DNA of 64,000 nucleotides from Eledone cirrhosa (Eukaryota): positions 31,992,001-32,056,000 of the forward strand of contig OZ024748.1 of assembly GCA_964016885.1 (NCBI GenBank). The letters are read 5' to 3'. A program made the translations under genes and the position numbers. The notes under the pieces were generated by a model. The model ran no database searches and had not been told where the DNA came from. It saw only the letters and a program-made list of their open reading frames with translations. Shown here one piece after another: positions 13,610-27,464 of the stretch (its first letter is position 1; every line of letters starts with the position of its first letter).

Positions 13610-16182
13610 CATCATGATCATGATCATCACCGTTTTACGTCCGTTCTTCCACGCTAGCATGGGTTAGACGGGTTGTCCTGTTGTGGGCAGTGTCTGGTCA
13701 GCTGACCATGCTCATACAGGAACTGATTTGGCTTGATTTCTACAGCTGGATGCGCTTCCTAACACCAACCTCATTTACAGTGAGTGCTGGGTGCTTTTTC
13801 GTGGCACCTACATGTCCACTTTACAGTGTGGGCTGGGTGCTTTTTTGCCGTGGCACCTTCACGACCACCTAGCAGTGGGGGGTGTGGGGGCATATTGTCT
13901 ATATGCTTCAGCTTGTACCCATGGGAGGTCGGGTACTCTGTATTACTGCGTGACGCCAGAGGTCACGGTCGTGTGTCATCGCCTTTGAGAGGTGTAATTG
14001 GGTAAGGTCGGCTTTTATCACCTCATCCCAAGTCATCTTGGGTCTCCCCACACCGCGGTTTCCATCGACTTCTAGTGCTCTGCAACTTTTTATGCAGCTG
14101 TCATCCTTCATATGCATCACATGTCCATACCAATGCAACCGCCTCTCCTGCACACAGCATTTGATTCCTCTTATGCTCAGTCTCTCTCTCAATTCATTTA
14201 TGCTTTGTCGTTCGCATATTATACATCCATCGGAGCATGCAGGCTTCATTTCTCTCTAATCTACGTAAGTCTTCCACCTTCAGCGCCCAGGTCTCACTAC
14301 CATGCAACATCGCCGTTCGGATACACGCATCATACAGTCTGCCTTTCATTTTGAGGGAGAAGCCTTTTGCAGCTAGCAGTGGTAGTAGTTCCCTAAACTT
14401 CTTCCATCCCGCTCTTACCCTAGTTATTGTACTTTCTGAACACCCACCTCTGCTGCTAATTCGGTCACCTAGATAGCAGAAGCTGTCTACAGTTTCTACA
14501 GAGCCCTCCCAGAGATTGGTGGTCTTGTTTCCTGTGGCTGTTTGCTGCTTGCTGTCCCAGCACAGCTGCTGCATGTGAAGCCTACATTCTTAATTAAGCT
14601 TCCTGAGATCCCGCTACATCTCTTGTGTACCCATTGTTTGCATTTCGGGCAGAGAATGGAGTTCCTACCTACACCTTTCCTACATACTGAGCAAGGCCAT
14701 TTCCCTGAGGGGATCTGGGTTCTGTTTTCTTGTCTACTTATAAGGACCTTAGTCTTTGTCATGTTGACTTTGAGACCCTTTCTTTCTAGTCCCTGCTTCC
14801 AAGTTTGGAATTTCTTCTCTAGTTCTACCATAGATTCAGCTATAAGTGCGAGGTCATCAGCATACAGGAGTTCCCATGGGCATCAGGTCTTAAACTTCTC
14901 CGTTATTGCCTGCAGGACTATGATGAACAGGAGGGGGCTAAAAACAGAGCCCTGGTGGAACCCAACCTGTACGCTAAATTCCTCGCTATACTCATTGCTA
15001 ATCCTAACTTTGCTGACTGCTCCCCTATACATGGCTTGTACCGCTTTCACAAGCCATTCATCTACTCCTAGTTTTCTAAGAGCCCACCAGATTACAGCAC
15101 GGGGAACTCTGTCAAAGGCTTTCTCAAGGTCGACAAATGCCAGGTAGAGTGGCTTACTTTTAGCTAGGTACATTTCCTGTAACTGCCTGACAAGGAAGAG
15201 GGCATCAGTGGTGCCTCTTCCTGGTACAAACTCAAATTGCATCTCGTCTAGTTTCACCCGGTCCCTAATCAACTGTGCTATAACTCTTTCTGTTACTTTC
15301 ATGACCTGGTCCATCAGCTTTATACCTCTATAGTTTCCTCTATCTAGTGCATCACCTTTACCTTTGTAGCAGTTGACAATGATGCTACTGCACCAATGTT
15401 TTGGTATGACACCTTCTAGTATTACCTGGTTAAAAATACGTGTGGATATAGTGTGACCTACAGACCCAGATGCCTTCAGCATCTCGGCACCTATACCCGA
15501 TGGACCGCTTGCCTTCCCCATCTTCATATCTTTGATTGCCTTACTTACTACGCTGCTGCTGACTTGTACTGCTGGCCCCTCTATAGGGTCTACTTGGGGT
15601 AGGGTCTCTTCTTCCAATGCATTCTCCTCATTTAGTAATCTATCATAATGACTCTTCCATGCATCTTTCTTCTCAGCACTTGTGAGGGCAAGCTCACCTT
15701 TATCATTCCGGATACACTTCTCTCCAATGACATCACAATTCTCTCTGACACACTGCCTCGCAATCTTGAACACCTCCTGTTTCTGGTCATCACGTTGCAA
15801 AACATGCTTGAATTTTCTATCCTGTGCTTCCCTCCTAGCTAAGTATACTTGTCGCCTAGCTTCCCTCTTGGTCTCTATGTAATGTACCCTGTTCCCCCCG
15901 TTCTTCCATTCTTTCCATGCCTGTCTCTTGGCCTTAACTGCCTCATCTACCTTATTGTTCCACCACCAAGTCACTCTCCTCCTACTTGTGGTCTTACTCC
16001 AGCCACAGACCTCATCCGTCGCCTCTAGTAAGTTATTTTTTAGGAACTCCCAGTTCTCTTCTACATTGAATGTCTCCATCTGTTCTTCTTTACTGTCGTA
16101 GGTGTTGAGTAAAATATCTTTAAATCTGTTACTGGTTGAGGGGTCTTTCAGCTTCCAGATCTTTCTTCTCCAGGTTGGCCTA
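13610..16182 (-). mobile_element. RTE LINE, 5'-truncated, with 3' UTR and (GAT)n-like tail
   Basis: ORFs 14883-16289, 14496-14831, 14194-14574 and 13908-14249 give the RT (LYADDL) and C-terminus with frameshifts. Confidence 0.95.
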
Positions 16183-16519
16183 TAGATATTTATATATATA
16201 TATATATATACATATATATACTTATACATATAAATATATATACATATACATATAAATTTCACCAGAGATAGAAAACCAGAATTAGTCATTTAGTTTACAT
16301 AATGAGACCCCAACGCATCCTATTTATTTTATAACATATGGCATTTCTAGTAATGTACTTTTTATGTCATGTAGAATGTTTTTTAATATCTAAATAAAAT
16401 TGTCGCAGGAATGCGACCACTTAAAATAATATTTCACGAGAGATAAGAAAAATTTAATAAACAGAGGGTGGGATGAATTAAGAGTGGGGTGGTGGTGTAA
16501 AAAATCTGAAAAATAAATA

Positions 16520-16832
16520 AGTGAGGGTGGGGGAAAATTATTTGAGACCACAACGAGGGTGGGGAACGATTATTTGAGACCAAAGTGAGGGTGGGGAACG
16601 ATTATTTGAGACCGAAGTGAGGGTGTGGAACGATTATTTCAGAACAAAAGTGAAGGTGGGGGGACAATTATTTGAGACAAAAGTGAAGGTGGGGAAGATT
16701 ATTTGAGACCAAAGTGAGGGTGGGGGTCAATTATTTGAGACCAAAGCGAGGGTGTGGAAGATTATTTGAGACCAAAGCAAGGGTGGGGGACAATTATTTG
16801 GAGACCAAAGCAAGGGTGGGGGACAATTATTT
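16520..16832. repeat. ~31-32 bp G-rich minisatellite (gagaccaaagtgagggtggggaacgattattt)
   Basis: About 10 tandem copies. Confidence 0.9.
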
Positions 16833-17598
16833 GAGTTACATACACATCTACTGAGTTACACATACATCTACTGAGTTACACACACATCTACTGAGTTATA
16901 TACACATCTACTGAGTTATACACACATCTACTGAGTTACACACACATCTACTGAGTTATATACACATCTGAGTTACACACACACCTACTGAGTTACACAC
17001 ACACCTACTGAGCTACACACACATCTACTGAGTTACACACACACATCTACTGAGTTACACACACACATCTACTGAGTTACACACACACATCTACTGAGTT
17101 ACACACATCTACTGAGTTATATACACATCTACTGAGTTACACACACATCTACTGTTACACACACAGCTATTGAGTTATATACATATCTACTGAGTTACAC
17201 ACACATCTGAGTTACACACACACCTACTGAGTTACACACACACATCTACTGAGTTACACACACATCTACTGAGTTACACACACACCTACTGAGTTACACA
17301 CACACCTACTGAGTTACACACACACATCTACTGAGTTACACACACACATCTACTGAGTTACACACACATCTACTGAGTTACACACACATCTGAGTTACAC
17401 ACACACCTACTGAGTTACACACACACCTACTGAGCTACACACACATCTACTGAGTTACACACACACATCTACTGAGTTACACACACACATCTACTGAGTT
17501 ACACACACACATCTACTGAGTTACACACACATCTACTGAGTTACACACACATCTACTGAGTTATACACACATCTACTGAGTTATACACACATCTACTC
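16832..17598. repeat. ~20-22 bp minisatellite (gagttacacacacatctact)
   Basis: Many tandem copies with variable (CA)n. Confidence 0.95.
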
Positions 17599-18026
17599 AT
17601 ACATATTTATAAATAGACACATTATACAAAATAATTATTATATACACTCACATCTATGAATTATTGAGGAAGAGCTGGTGAAACACTATAGTAATGTGTA
17701 TTGCACCCCTTTTGTTTTTTCCGGCTACATAGCCTATCCGTATTCTTATATTACGAGTGTATATATCAGATGTGGAGGTGTAATATCTTGTCTATTATGT
17801 ATTATGTATGTATATATACAATATATATACACATATATATATGCATATATACAGGAATACATATATATATATATATACACATACATTTATATATATATAT
17901 ACTTTATATATATATATATACTTTATATATATATATACTTTATATATATATATATATATACTTTATATATATATATATATATACTTTATATATATATATA
18001 TATATACTTTATATATATATATATAT

Positions 18027-19387
18027 ATCATCATCATTGTTTAACGTCCATCTTCCACGCTTGCATGGGTTTGGACGGGAGTTTTCCCACTTGAGGCAAG
18101 AGTGGTTGTCTTGCTCGCATAGGACTGTCTGGCGGGTTTTCTACGGCTGAATGCCCTTCCTAACACCAACCACATTTACAGTGTGGGACTGGGAGGTTTT
18201 TACCGTGTTACCTACACGGTCACATTACAGCGTGGACTGTGTGTTTTTTTGTCGTGACACCTACACGACCTCATTTGTTTCGGGCTGGATGTTGTGGTAC
18301 CAACATAACTTTACATTGAAAGGGGTGGTGTGGATGGGGTGGGGGTAGTGGGACGGGGTGTATTTTGTTAGAGGTGCCTACTGACTGTAGTAGGTTTCAC
18401 TTTGTACTTAGGTAAGGCGGGTCTTCTCTATTACTGTGTAGCACCAAAGCTCTCGGTCCAGTGACATTGTCTTGGAGAGGTGTAAGTGTATGAGGTCGGA
18501 ATTTATGAAGTCGTCCCAGGTTTTTCTGGGTCTGCCTACTCCGTGGCTACCGTCTATTTTTATTGCCCTGCACTTTTTTATACAGCTGTCGTCTTTCATG
18601 CGCATCACGTGACCATACCAACGTAGTCTTCTCTCGAGTAAACAACATCTGATCCCTCTTATTTCTAATTTCTCCCTTAGTTCGTTTATTCTTTGCCGTT
18701 CACGTATATTACTATTACACATCCAGCGGAGCATGCAAGCTTCGTTTCTCTCCAGTCTGCGTATATCCTCTGCACACAATGCCCAGGTCTCACTGCCATG
18801 TAACATTGTTGTTCGTATGCAGGCATCATACAGCCTGCCTTTCATTTTTAGAGAGAACCCTTTAGCGGCCAATAGGGGTATAAGCTCTCTGAACTTTTTC
18901 CATCCCGTTCTGACTCTAGCTACTGTACTTTCAGAGCACCCTCCCCCACTGCTGATTTTATCACCCAGGTAACGGAAGCTGTCCACTATTTCTATAGAAC
19001 CATCTGTGCAATGGAATGAGTTAGTATTCTGTGGGCACTTGCTGCTACTTATTGCACCAGAGCACTAGCCACATATAAAATCTATATTCTTAGTTATAAG
19101 AAATGTGATCCCACTACATCTTTTATGTACCCATACTTTGCATTTGGGACATAAAATGGAGTTTCTACCTACTCCTTTCCTACACACTGAGCATGGCCAT
19201 TTCCCAGATGGGACCGGTGCTCTATTTTCCTTCCTACAAACTAGAACTTTAGTCTTAGACAAGTTAACTTTAAGGCCTTTTGATTCTAGGCCATGCTTCC
19301 ATGTTTGGAATTTCTTCTCTAGTTCAGCCATTGATTCAGCTATGAGCGTTAGATCATCTGCATATAGGAGTTCCCATGGGCAGCCGG
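18027..19387 (-). mobile_element. RTE LINE (second subfamily), 5'-truncated at YADD
   Basis: PWELLYADDL, FRYLGD, RRLRWYGHVMR; (GAT)n tail at 18027. Confidence 0.92.
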
Positions 19388-19925
19388 TTAAAGTCCTCGA
19401 ATTTGGGGCATAATTTGGCCAGCATAACAAAATATATTTTAAAATATATAAGAAGAAGTTTTATTTTGAAATACGACAGAATTAAGGTTGGGGTAGTTAG
19501 CGAGAAGGTTAAGGTTTAAATAAGATCCCCGTATTTTGGGCATAATTTAACAAGCATAAAACAATAATACAAGATTTGTTTTGGAAAATACGCTAGAGTA
19601 TCGAGTAGAAAGCAAAGATTGGATTCGGGGGAAAATGATACAGAATGACGAATGGACTAAGGAATTAAAATGGTGAGAAGAGTGAAGAAATATTTGTACA
19701 GTACATTACACCATGAAAGCAGCCATCCGGAATAGAAATTGGCGATTCTGATTTTTCGTACTTGTAGGATTTATTTTATACATGGAGAGAGGGGGGGGAA
19801 GGGATTTGCGGCGAACCAGCATGATGTAGGGGGGGGGTGAAGATAGGAGGGAGCAGAGGTTAAGAGTTTAAATATAGTCCTCGAATTTGGGGCATAATTT
19901 AGCCAGCATAACAAAATATATATAT
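19388..19925 (-). repeat. Dispersed monomer of the 37.6-46.9 kb satellite
   Basis: Reverse complement of ttatgccccaaat(a/t)cgaggacttta and cttcactcttctcaccattttaattcc. Confidence 0.8.
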
Positions 19926-20285
19926 ATACGTAAATATCTATAAGTCGTTTGGAAGCCTCGACAATGCAAATGGGTAACTCTCCGGGTAACAAGGTCCGGT
20001 GGTGGAGAGAGAGATGTAAGTGGGTGTACGTTGAGATGCGTGGTGTTTATAAGATGTGTGAGATGTGTAGAATGAAGGGGAGAGTAAAAGGATAAAAATA
20101 ATAATAACAACACAAGAGAGAGATTTAAAAGTCCCTATATATTTCGGATTCACATCCATCAACTGGGGTTTTTTCCGGGGTGGGGGAAAAGGTTGTCTGT
20201 CGGACAAGTCCGGAAGGCGTCTTTCGCTGTTTGCTGATTTGAATATATATATATGTACTTTATATATATATACTTTATATATAGA

Positions 20286-21149
20286 TAGGCTGCGGACGAT
20301 ATTTGTTCGCAATTTTCAACTGCTAATTTTATGCAAATTTTTTTACTTCCGTTGTCACTTTTGTCTTCATAAAAACAGTGACTATATTTCCAATATTTAT
20401 TTTCAGAATAATTGATTATGAATAATTTTGAACCTCCAAATTTGTGGAAGAGACACGGAGTTCTTATCGGAATCCGCGCTGGGAGGACAAATAAGACCAG
20501 AAGATCAACTCTCAGAACAACAGGTGGCTCGCTGCCTCATCCCAAAGACGTGCCCAGTCATACAGACAAAGTTTCCAGCAACAACATTGGTCTTAGGTGT
20601 CGTCAACAGTCAAGGTGACGTTGTGCCACCCCACTTCTTCCCTGAGGGCCTCAAGCTGAACACCGATGGCTACATCCGCGTTCCGAGCGAGGTAGTAAAG
20701 CCCTGGATCGACCAGGTAGCTGCAGGTAGGCCGTACGTGTGGCAGCAAGACTCAGCGCCCTGCCATACCAGCCGAAAGACCCAAGCCTGGCTGTCAAAGA
20801 ACTTCGTCGACCACACTTCACCTGACATCTGGCTTCCCAGCTCGCCTGACTGCAACCCCCTCGACTTTTTTGTGCGGGGCGCAGTGGAACGAGACACCAA
20901 CAGACCTAGCTGCAATACGAAAGACGATATCAAGGCCAGGATCACAAGTGCCTTTAGGGGCCTAAGTCGGGGGACAGTGACGAAGGCCTGTAGCCGGTTC
21001 CGAGGCTGCCTTGAGGCCGTCATCAAAGCCAATGGCAGGTTTATCGACTGAGATCAAAAGAACAAGTCATGAAGACAAACTAAAAATAAAACTACTGTGT
21101 TATTTTTTCCTAGACAGTAATCTTGCGAACAGATACCGTCCGCACCCTG
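20286..21149 (+). mobile_element. Internally deleted Tc1/mariner transposon, maT (DD37D) type
   Basis: TIRs taggctgcggacgatatttgttcgcaa / ttgcgaacagataccgtccgcaccctg; QQDSAPCH...SPDCNPLD has 37 residues between the two D; N-terminal DNA-binding domain is missing. Confidence 0.88.
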
Positions 21150-21269
21150 CATATATATATACTTTATATATATATATATACGTTAAGGGTGAAAGCAGCG
21201 ATTCTTTGCTTAAACTTTAATCTGTTATTTTAATAAATATATATATATACTTTATATGTATATATATAT

Positions 21270-21306
<37 letters not shown>

Positions 21307-21311
21307 TTTAT

Positions 21312-21868
21312 ATATCACGATAAATTAACGGAGCTATAGACTCTCGCTATTCCCTGTCATTAATGTGCTCAAAGGAGAAGGAATCCCGAGCACTTTATTA
21401 ATACAATATGTAGAAAAGATAACACACCAGAGAGAGAGATAGTGTCCCATCAGTGAAACAGGGAAAAACCACCAGTGTATGGAATCTATAGCCCATGGAA
21501 GGCAAAGTAGACACACAATAATTAAAAGTATTAATCTAAGTGCAAATACGCACCTTGTTAACTATCTAACACACACGTACAAATCTAAAAGGATCTGTTT
21601 CACCAACTAATTTGTTGACAGAAATGATTAGCCTATGGTTCATGAGCGTGTGTAAGGCTATACATTTCAGACAACGCTAAAAGAATCTAAAGCGACCGTC
21701 CAGCCACACGTGGGAGAGAGAATTCACAGCATGCCTAGGGCAGTAACCAGTGGTCTCTGAGGGACGAACTGCTAGAAAGGGCAGCCCAAACTACTCAGAG
21801 AAATGTGCTCAACCAAATAGAGAAAGAGGAGAGACTGTTATAAGGAGCGAAATATCACGATAAATTAA
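21312..21868. mobile_element. Non-coding 540-bp unit with 17-bp terminal direct repeat, in (TA)n
   Basis: atatcacgataaattaa at 21312 and 21852. Confidence 0.6.
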
Positions 21869-22188
21869 AGTATATATACTTTATATATATATACACTTTA
21901 TATATATACATATACTTTATATATATATATATATACTTTATATATATGTATACTTCATATATATATAGATATACTTTATATATATATATATGTATACTTC
22001 ATATATAATAAAGTATATGTTCCTACACGCACAAGGCGCTTAGGGACACATATTGTCCAACCATATGCCAATGTGGTTCAATGGCAGGTTAATAAATTAA
22101 CGAGCCAGAACATATATATTTAAGGTTTAGCAAATAATAAAAAATTTCAAAATAAATTTTTTAAAATTAACTTTACTTACTATGGTTA

Positions 22189-22272
22189 CCTTTACCGAAT
22201 CGGTTTCGAGTCTCAAAAATAAACGGACAGTCCATATGGCATCCGTTGCAAAGATAAACTCTCGTCAGAAGG
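22189..22272 (-). ncRNA. Type I hammerhead ribozyme, canonical core
   Basis: ccuu-CUGACGA-gaguuu...aacggaug/uguccguu...agacuc-GAAA-ccg(auu)cgg-UA-aagg. Confidence 0.85.
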
Positions 22273-22454
22273 ATCTTTTCATATATACAATTCCCGAGTT
22301 CAAATTACGAACTGGCGCTATTCAAAATTGTTCCCGAGATGAGAATAAATTAAGTGGAAGCAATTCTTTCAAGTGCCATGTGTAAGGATAGAGGCAGGGA
22401 GGTCAGTCTGCTCCCACTATAACTAGCAGCAGTCAGAACGACCAAATTTTTTTC

Positions 22455-23325
22455 TCGAGCTTATACCACTATTGGCCGCTAAAGGGTTCTCTCTAAAAAT
22501 GAAAGGCAGGCTGTATGATGCTGGCATATGAACAGCAATGTTACATGGCAGTGAGACCTGGGCATTGTGTGCAGAGGATATACGCAGACTGGAGAGAAAC
22601 GAAGCTTGCATGCTCCGCTGGATGTGTAATAGTAATATACGTGAACGGCAAAGAATAAACGAACTAAGGGAGAAATTAGGAATAAGAGGGATCAGATGTT
22701 GTTTACTCGAGAGAAGACTACGTTGGAACGGTCACGTGATGCACATGAAAGACGACAGCTGTATAAAAAAGTGCAGGGCGATCAAAATAGACGGTAGCCA
22801 CGGAGTAGGCAGACCCAGAAAAACTTGGGACGACTTGATCAATTCCGACCTCACACACTTACACCTCTCCAAGACAATGTCACTGGACCGAGATCTTTGG
22901 CGCTAGTCATAAAAGAAGACCCGCCTTACCTAAGTACAAAGTGAAACCTACTACAGTCAGTAGGCACCTCTAACAAAATACACCCCCCACCCCCGTCCCA
23001 CTACCCCCACCCCATCCACACCACCCCCTTAAATGTGAAGTTATGTTGGTACCACAACATCCAGTCCGAAACAAATGAGGTCGTGTAGGTGTCACGACAA
23101 AAAAACATCCACGCTGTAATGTGGCCGTGTAGGTAACACGGTAAAAACCTCCCAGTCCACACTGTAAACATGGTTGGTGTTAGGAAGGGCATCCAGCCGT
23201 AGAAAACCCGCCAGACAGTCCTATACGAGCAGGACAAACAATCTTGCCTCAAGTGGGAAAACCCCCGTCCAAACCCATGCAAGTGTGGAAGATGGACGTT
23301 AAACGATGATGATAATGATGATGAT
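22455..23325 (+). mobile_element. RTE LINE 3' fragment with (GAT)n tail
   Basis: ORF 22538-22906; reverse complement of 18027-18890. Confidence 0.92.
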
Positions 23326-23334
23326 ATATATATA

Positions 23335-25740
23335 TATAAATATTTAGACAGAAAATCTGAAAAAATTAGTCAGAAATATTTTAAATATAAAACGGAATAA
23401 ATTAATGAAAGAAACGTGAAAAAGATAAAAATTGTTGAAATACCTTGAAAATATATAATATACATGATAGAGACAGGAATTGATTGAGTTTGAAGTAAAT
23501 TAATGAATGAACGAAAGTAGGCGGGGCAGGAACAGGAAATAAAGACAGTACAGTCTCGCAGTAAATGGTAAGGTTTAGAGTAAGAATTATTTTATTCCTG
23601 GTTGTATAAATAACATTACAAATTATACTTAGACGAATAATGTGTTGTAGTAAATATATATATATATCCCAGGTCCGAACAGCAAGTACAGTCTCGCAGT
23701 GAATGGTAAGGATTAGGGTAAGAATTATTTTATTCCCGGTTGTATAAATAACATTATAAATATCACAAATATCAAATAGATAAAAAATATATACGTATAT
23801 ATATATATATACCAGGTCCAAAAAAGATATAGAGAAATTACAGGTTCGCAGTGAATATCTCAAGAACTATTTTATTCCTAGTTTTTTAAATAACATTACA
23901 AATTATACTTAGACGAAGAATGTGGTGTAGTAAATATATATATATATATAAATACACATAAATATGTGTATATATATAGAATTACCAATGAATGCAGTGA
24001 AGAATTTAGTGTAAAAGTTGGTGTTCATCAAGGCTCAGTCCTTATGGCCCCTCCTATTTATTATTGCCCTTCAAGCTAAAACACAGGAGTTTAAACTGGC
24101 TGCCCATGGGAACTTCTATACGCAGATGATCTAACAGCTGAATCTATGGTTGAACTAGATAAGAAATTCCAAACATGGAAGCATGGCCTAGAATCAAAAA
24201 GCCTTAAAGTTAACTTGTCTAAGAGTAAAGTTCTAGTATGTAGGAAGGAAAATAGGGTACAGGTGCCCTCTGGGAAATGGTCATGTTCAGTGTATAGGAA
24301 AGGAGTAGGTAGAAATTCCATTTTATGTCACTAATACAAACTATGGGTACAAAACAGATGTACTGGGAACACAGGCAAGCTATCTAAGAACATAGATTTT
24401 ATATGTGGCCGGTGCTCAGGTGCGATAAGTAGCAAGTTCCAGACGTTAGACCTTCAATGTATCCATACCCAGGGAAGCAAGGCATTCAGAGTATGGTAGA
24501 TGCTTGATGGAGGGTATTCACTTGGTTGCACTTCTCTAAACAATTTCCAGGAGGTCAATGTTCTGAGCTAGATAGGGGTTCCAGACAGGTGATGCAAATT
24601 CTAAGTGTAGCCGCACCATAACTATATACAGCTTTAAATAGATAGATGAATGCATGGTGGTACAATTGTACACAGCCAGCTTGAGTTGCCAGTCCGCGAT
24701 CCATTGCTGCATTGTGTCCAGATCTATAGAGTTCAGGATCTGTCCTTTTATCTCAAGGGAGAGCTTGATGTCATCTGAATATTTCAGTACTGTGACATTC
24801 TTTAAGTTGCCATCTATGTTATTAATATATGTGTAATGGAACTCTCCTAGAAATTATCTGGCGAAGATTCGAAACCAAATCTAAGAATTCTCGCATCTGG
24901 GACCACCTATCGTTGGGAGTTTCCCACCATTGTCCTGTCAAGAGACAACAATGATAAACGTACATGCCACTTGACCTGTGACACCAGCTTCATGATAGAT
25001 GAAACTCACATGGCTACTCATAAATCAACCCCGTCTACACATCCTTCTAGCTATAGGGTTATTAAAAATACAAGTACAAAGGGAATCCAGCAGCCAGACC
25101 ATGAAGCAGCAGTTCTTGAGAGAATAATGATGTGAAACATTCACGTTCTACAGACCCCTTGGGGTCTACAGATTTCTACTGACGTCTACGGACCTTTTAC
25201 TCTATCTCTCTCTCTCCTGGCCTTACTTGCTCTCACCTTCTCTGCCAGACTACACCACCAGACAAGAGAGACCGAAGCAGCAGTCCTTGAGAGGAATAAC
25301 AAATACTAAGGATACACTTAGTATATTTCATTATACTGTTTAGTTCTGTGTTTTATCTATTCTTTCGTCTTCCTGTTGAATCACTTCTATTGTATCGTTA
25401 TATTGATACATACATACACGTTAGCTCGAAGTAGCTAGTCAGTAAATTGATGTAGTGATAATTCCTGTCACAATTTTTTTTACTCGATATTCAATGTAGC
25501 AACAAGTGAATATTGTTATTGTAAAATAAACATTGTCAACATCACAATTCTGGCATTATTCGTTTTATCATTCATCCACAAAAGAATACATTTATCCACT
25601 ACATATGCAACAAACAAAAGGGGCCCAAGAACAGATCCCTGTGGTACACCAGATGACATCTCATACAGTGAAGAATGCTGTCCTAGAACCGTGACTACTT
25701 CTCTTCGACTGAGAGTGAAGGATTTCAACCAGTTAAAAAT
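23335..25740. repeat. Block paralogous to 7585-9839, with RTE (+) and CR1 (-) fragments
   Basis: Collinear match; the CR1 continues to 25740. Confidence 0.88.
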
Positions 25741-26299
25741 TATACACTATGTACAGTGTATATATACACTATGTACAGTGTATATATACACTATATATAT
25801 ATATGAAATATACACTATGTACAGTATATACTATACACTATATATAATGTCCAAGGGAAAGGCAATGGCTAATACAGCTGGGCACCAGTGACGCCACAAC
25901 ATATATACTATATATATATATACACTATGTATAATATATATATATTATATATACACTATGTACAGTATATATACACTATATATATTATATATTTACTATG
26001 TACAGTATATATGATGTTGTCAATTGCAAGCCCAATGCTCTAACCACGAAGTTATGATACGTTCCAGAACCAACCGTGATATAGAGAGACCATAAAGACA
26101 ACTGTTGTTTTCATAGTTTAAGCCTTAATATACCTCTCCTATATGCTTTAAGTACATATAAACTCATTAAAACACACTTTTGTATTTAAACACCAAAAAC
26201 AGCCAGTAACGATCTTATAGAAAAAAAACACCAACTATCATACGACTAGTTACCAAAGGGGACTATTGCCAGCCACGGTAGACACTTGGTAATACAGTG

Positions 26300-26640
26300 C
26301 ACATCTCCCGTCAATTATGAAGGGTTTGTAGTTGATTAGAGCAAAACAAAATCAGTAAAACGGTAATGGAATAAAAAATAAAAACATTTTTTCATAATTA
26401 AAGCCTTAATATGTCCCTTCCTTACGATATACACTTTAATAACATTGAAACTTATTTAATAAGTTTAAAATGTAAACACTTTTTATTCAGACGTACCGCG
26501 ATAAGAAAATAGATATGTTCTAATGAAAAATCCGCGATGTGGCGAGGATTACCGCGATAGGAAATTAGATACGTTCCAAAGATCCGCGACGTAACGGGAC
26601 CGCGAAAAGTGAACCGCGATATAGCGGGGGATTACTGTAT
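26300..26640 (-). mobile_element. Tigger/pogo-like MITE remnant
   Basis: End ...gaaccgcgatatagcggggattactgTA with repeated ccgcga motifs; paralog ends at ~61530; left boundary uncertain. Confidence 0.55.
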
Positions 26641-27050
26641 ACATACACACACACAACATACATCTATCTATATACACTCGTAATATTTATTTCGATTTTT
26701 GACATTAAAATATTGACTGAGGGTGCGACAACTGTTTCTTGTTTGCGGTTGTTCCAGTGGTTGAAATATAGACGGAGGTATTTTAAATAATAAAGACAGT
26801 GATGATAACAATATATTTTATATCACATGTAACAGTGGAATCTGCTGATTGAAAAATAACACATCAACATTTCTGTTTGGAAGTTTTATTTCTATATATA
26901 AAAGTGGGGGAAGAAATATATTTTTCTAATGTTGTTATATACATTTTCACTTGTATATAATTACTGGATCGTTGTAGGATTCACATAATTATATTATTTA
27001 CACACATTAATATAGACATTAAGTAAATCTTTATCAACTTATCAACTTAC

Positions 27051-27280
27051 CTCCTTCAGATATAATCAATGTGTTGTGTCGTTAATTTTTACTAAACAAC
27101 CAAAGAAATAATCTCTTTGTTATCAAATTAGAAGTTTCAAAGATGTTATCAGCTTTCTTTCACGACATTAACGTTGGTGTATCTTCTTCATATTTAGTCA
27201 TAAATTGATATCTTGTCAGAAAGAAGTAGTGAGTCTGACTTTATGTCTTTAGCTACAGACAGATTTGATAGGAAATATTA
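27051..27280 (-). other. Predicted upstream non-coding exon of ZNF gene 1 (donor GAG|GTAAGT at 27051/27050)
   Basis: Consensus donor in a non-TE block conserved with 61935-62150; exon 5' limit unknown. Confidence 0.55.
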
Positions 27281-27464
27281 GGTTGATATGTGGTCTAAAA
27301 TATATGTATATTTTCTATAAACGACTGATAGCAGTTGTTCTGGTGAAATAGTAGTTTTACTACTACAGATTGTAATGGAACTCTTAGTAGACACAATTAT
27401 AAAGTAAGAATAGATATGACAGTGTAAGACTGATGTCGGGGAATTAGAATTGTGTGTGTATAGA

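Noticed and set aside
16520-17598. Short regular repeats as CRISPR or telomeric array
   Set aside because: Head-to-tail minisatellites with no unique spacers and no TTAGGG
20133-20168. Minimal HHR-like ccc-CAGUUGA-u-ggau(guga)aucc-GAAA-uaua-UA-ggg (minus)
   Set aside because: Stems fit but two invariant core positions are changed; at best a dead relic, so not counted as a ribozyme
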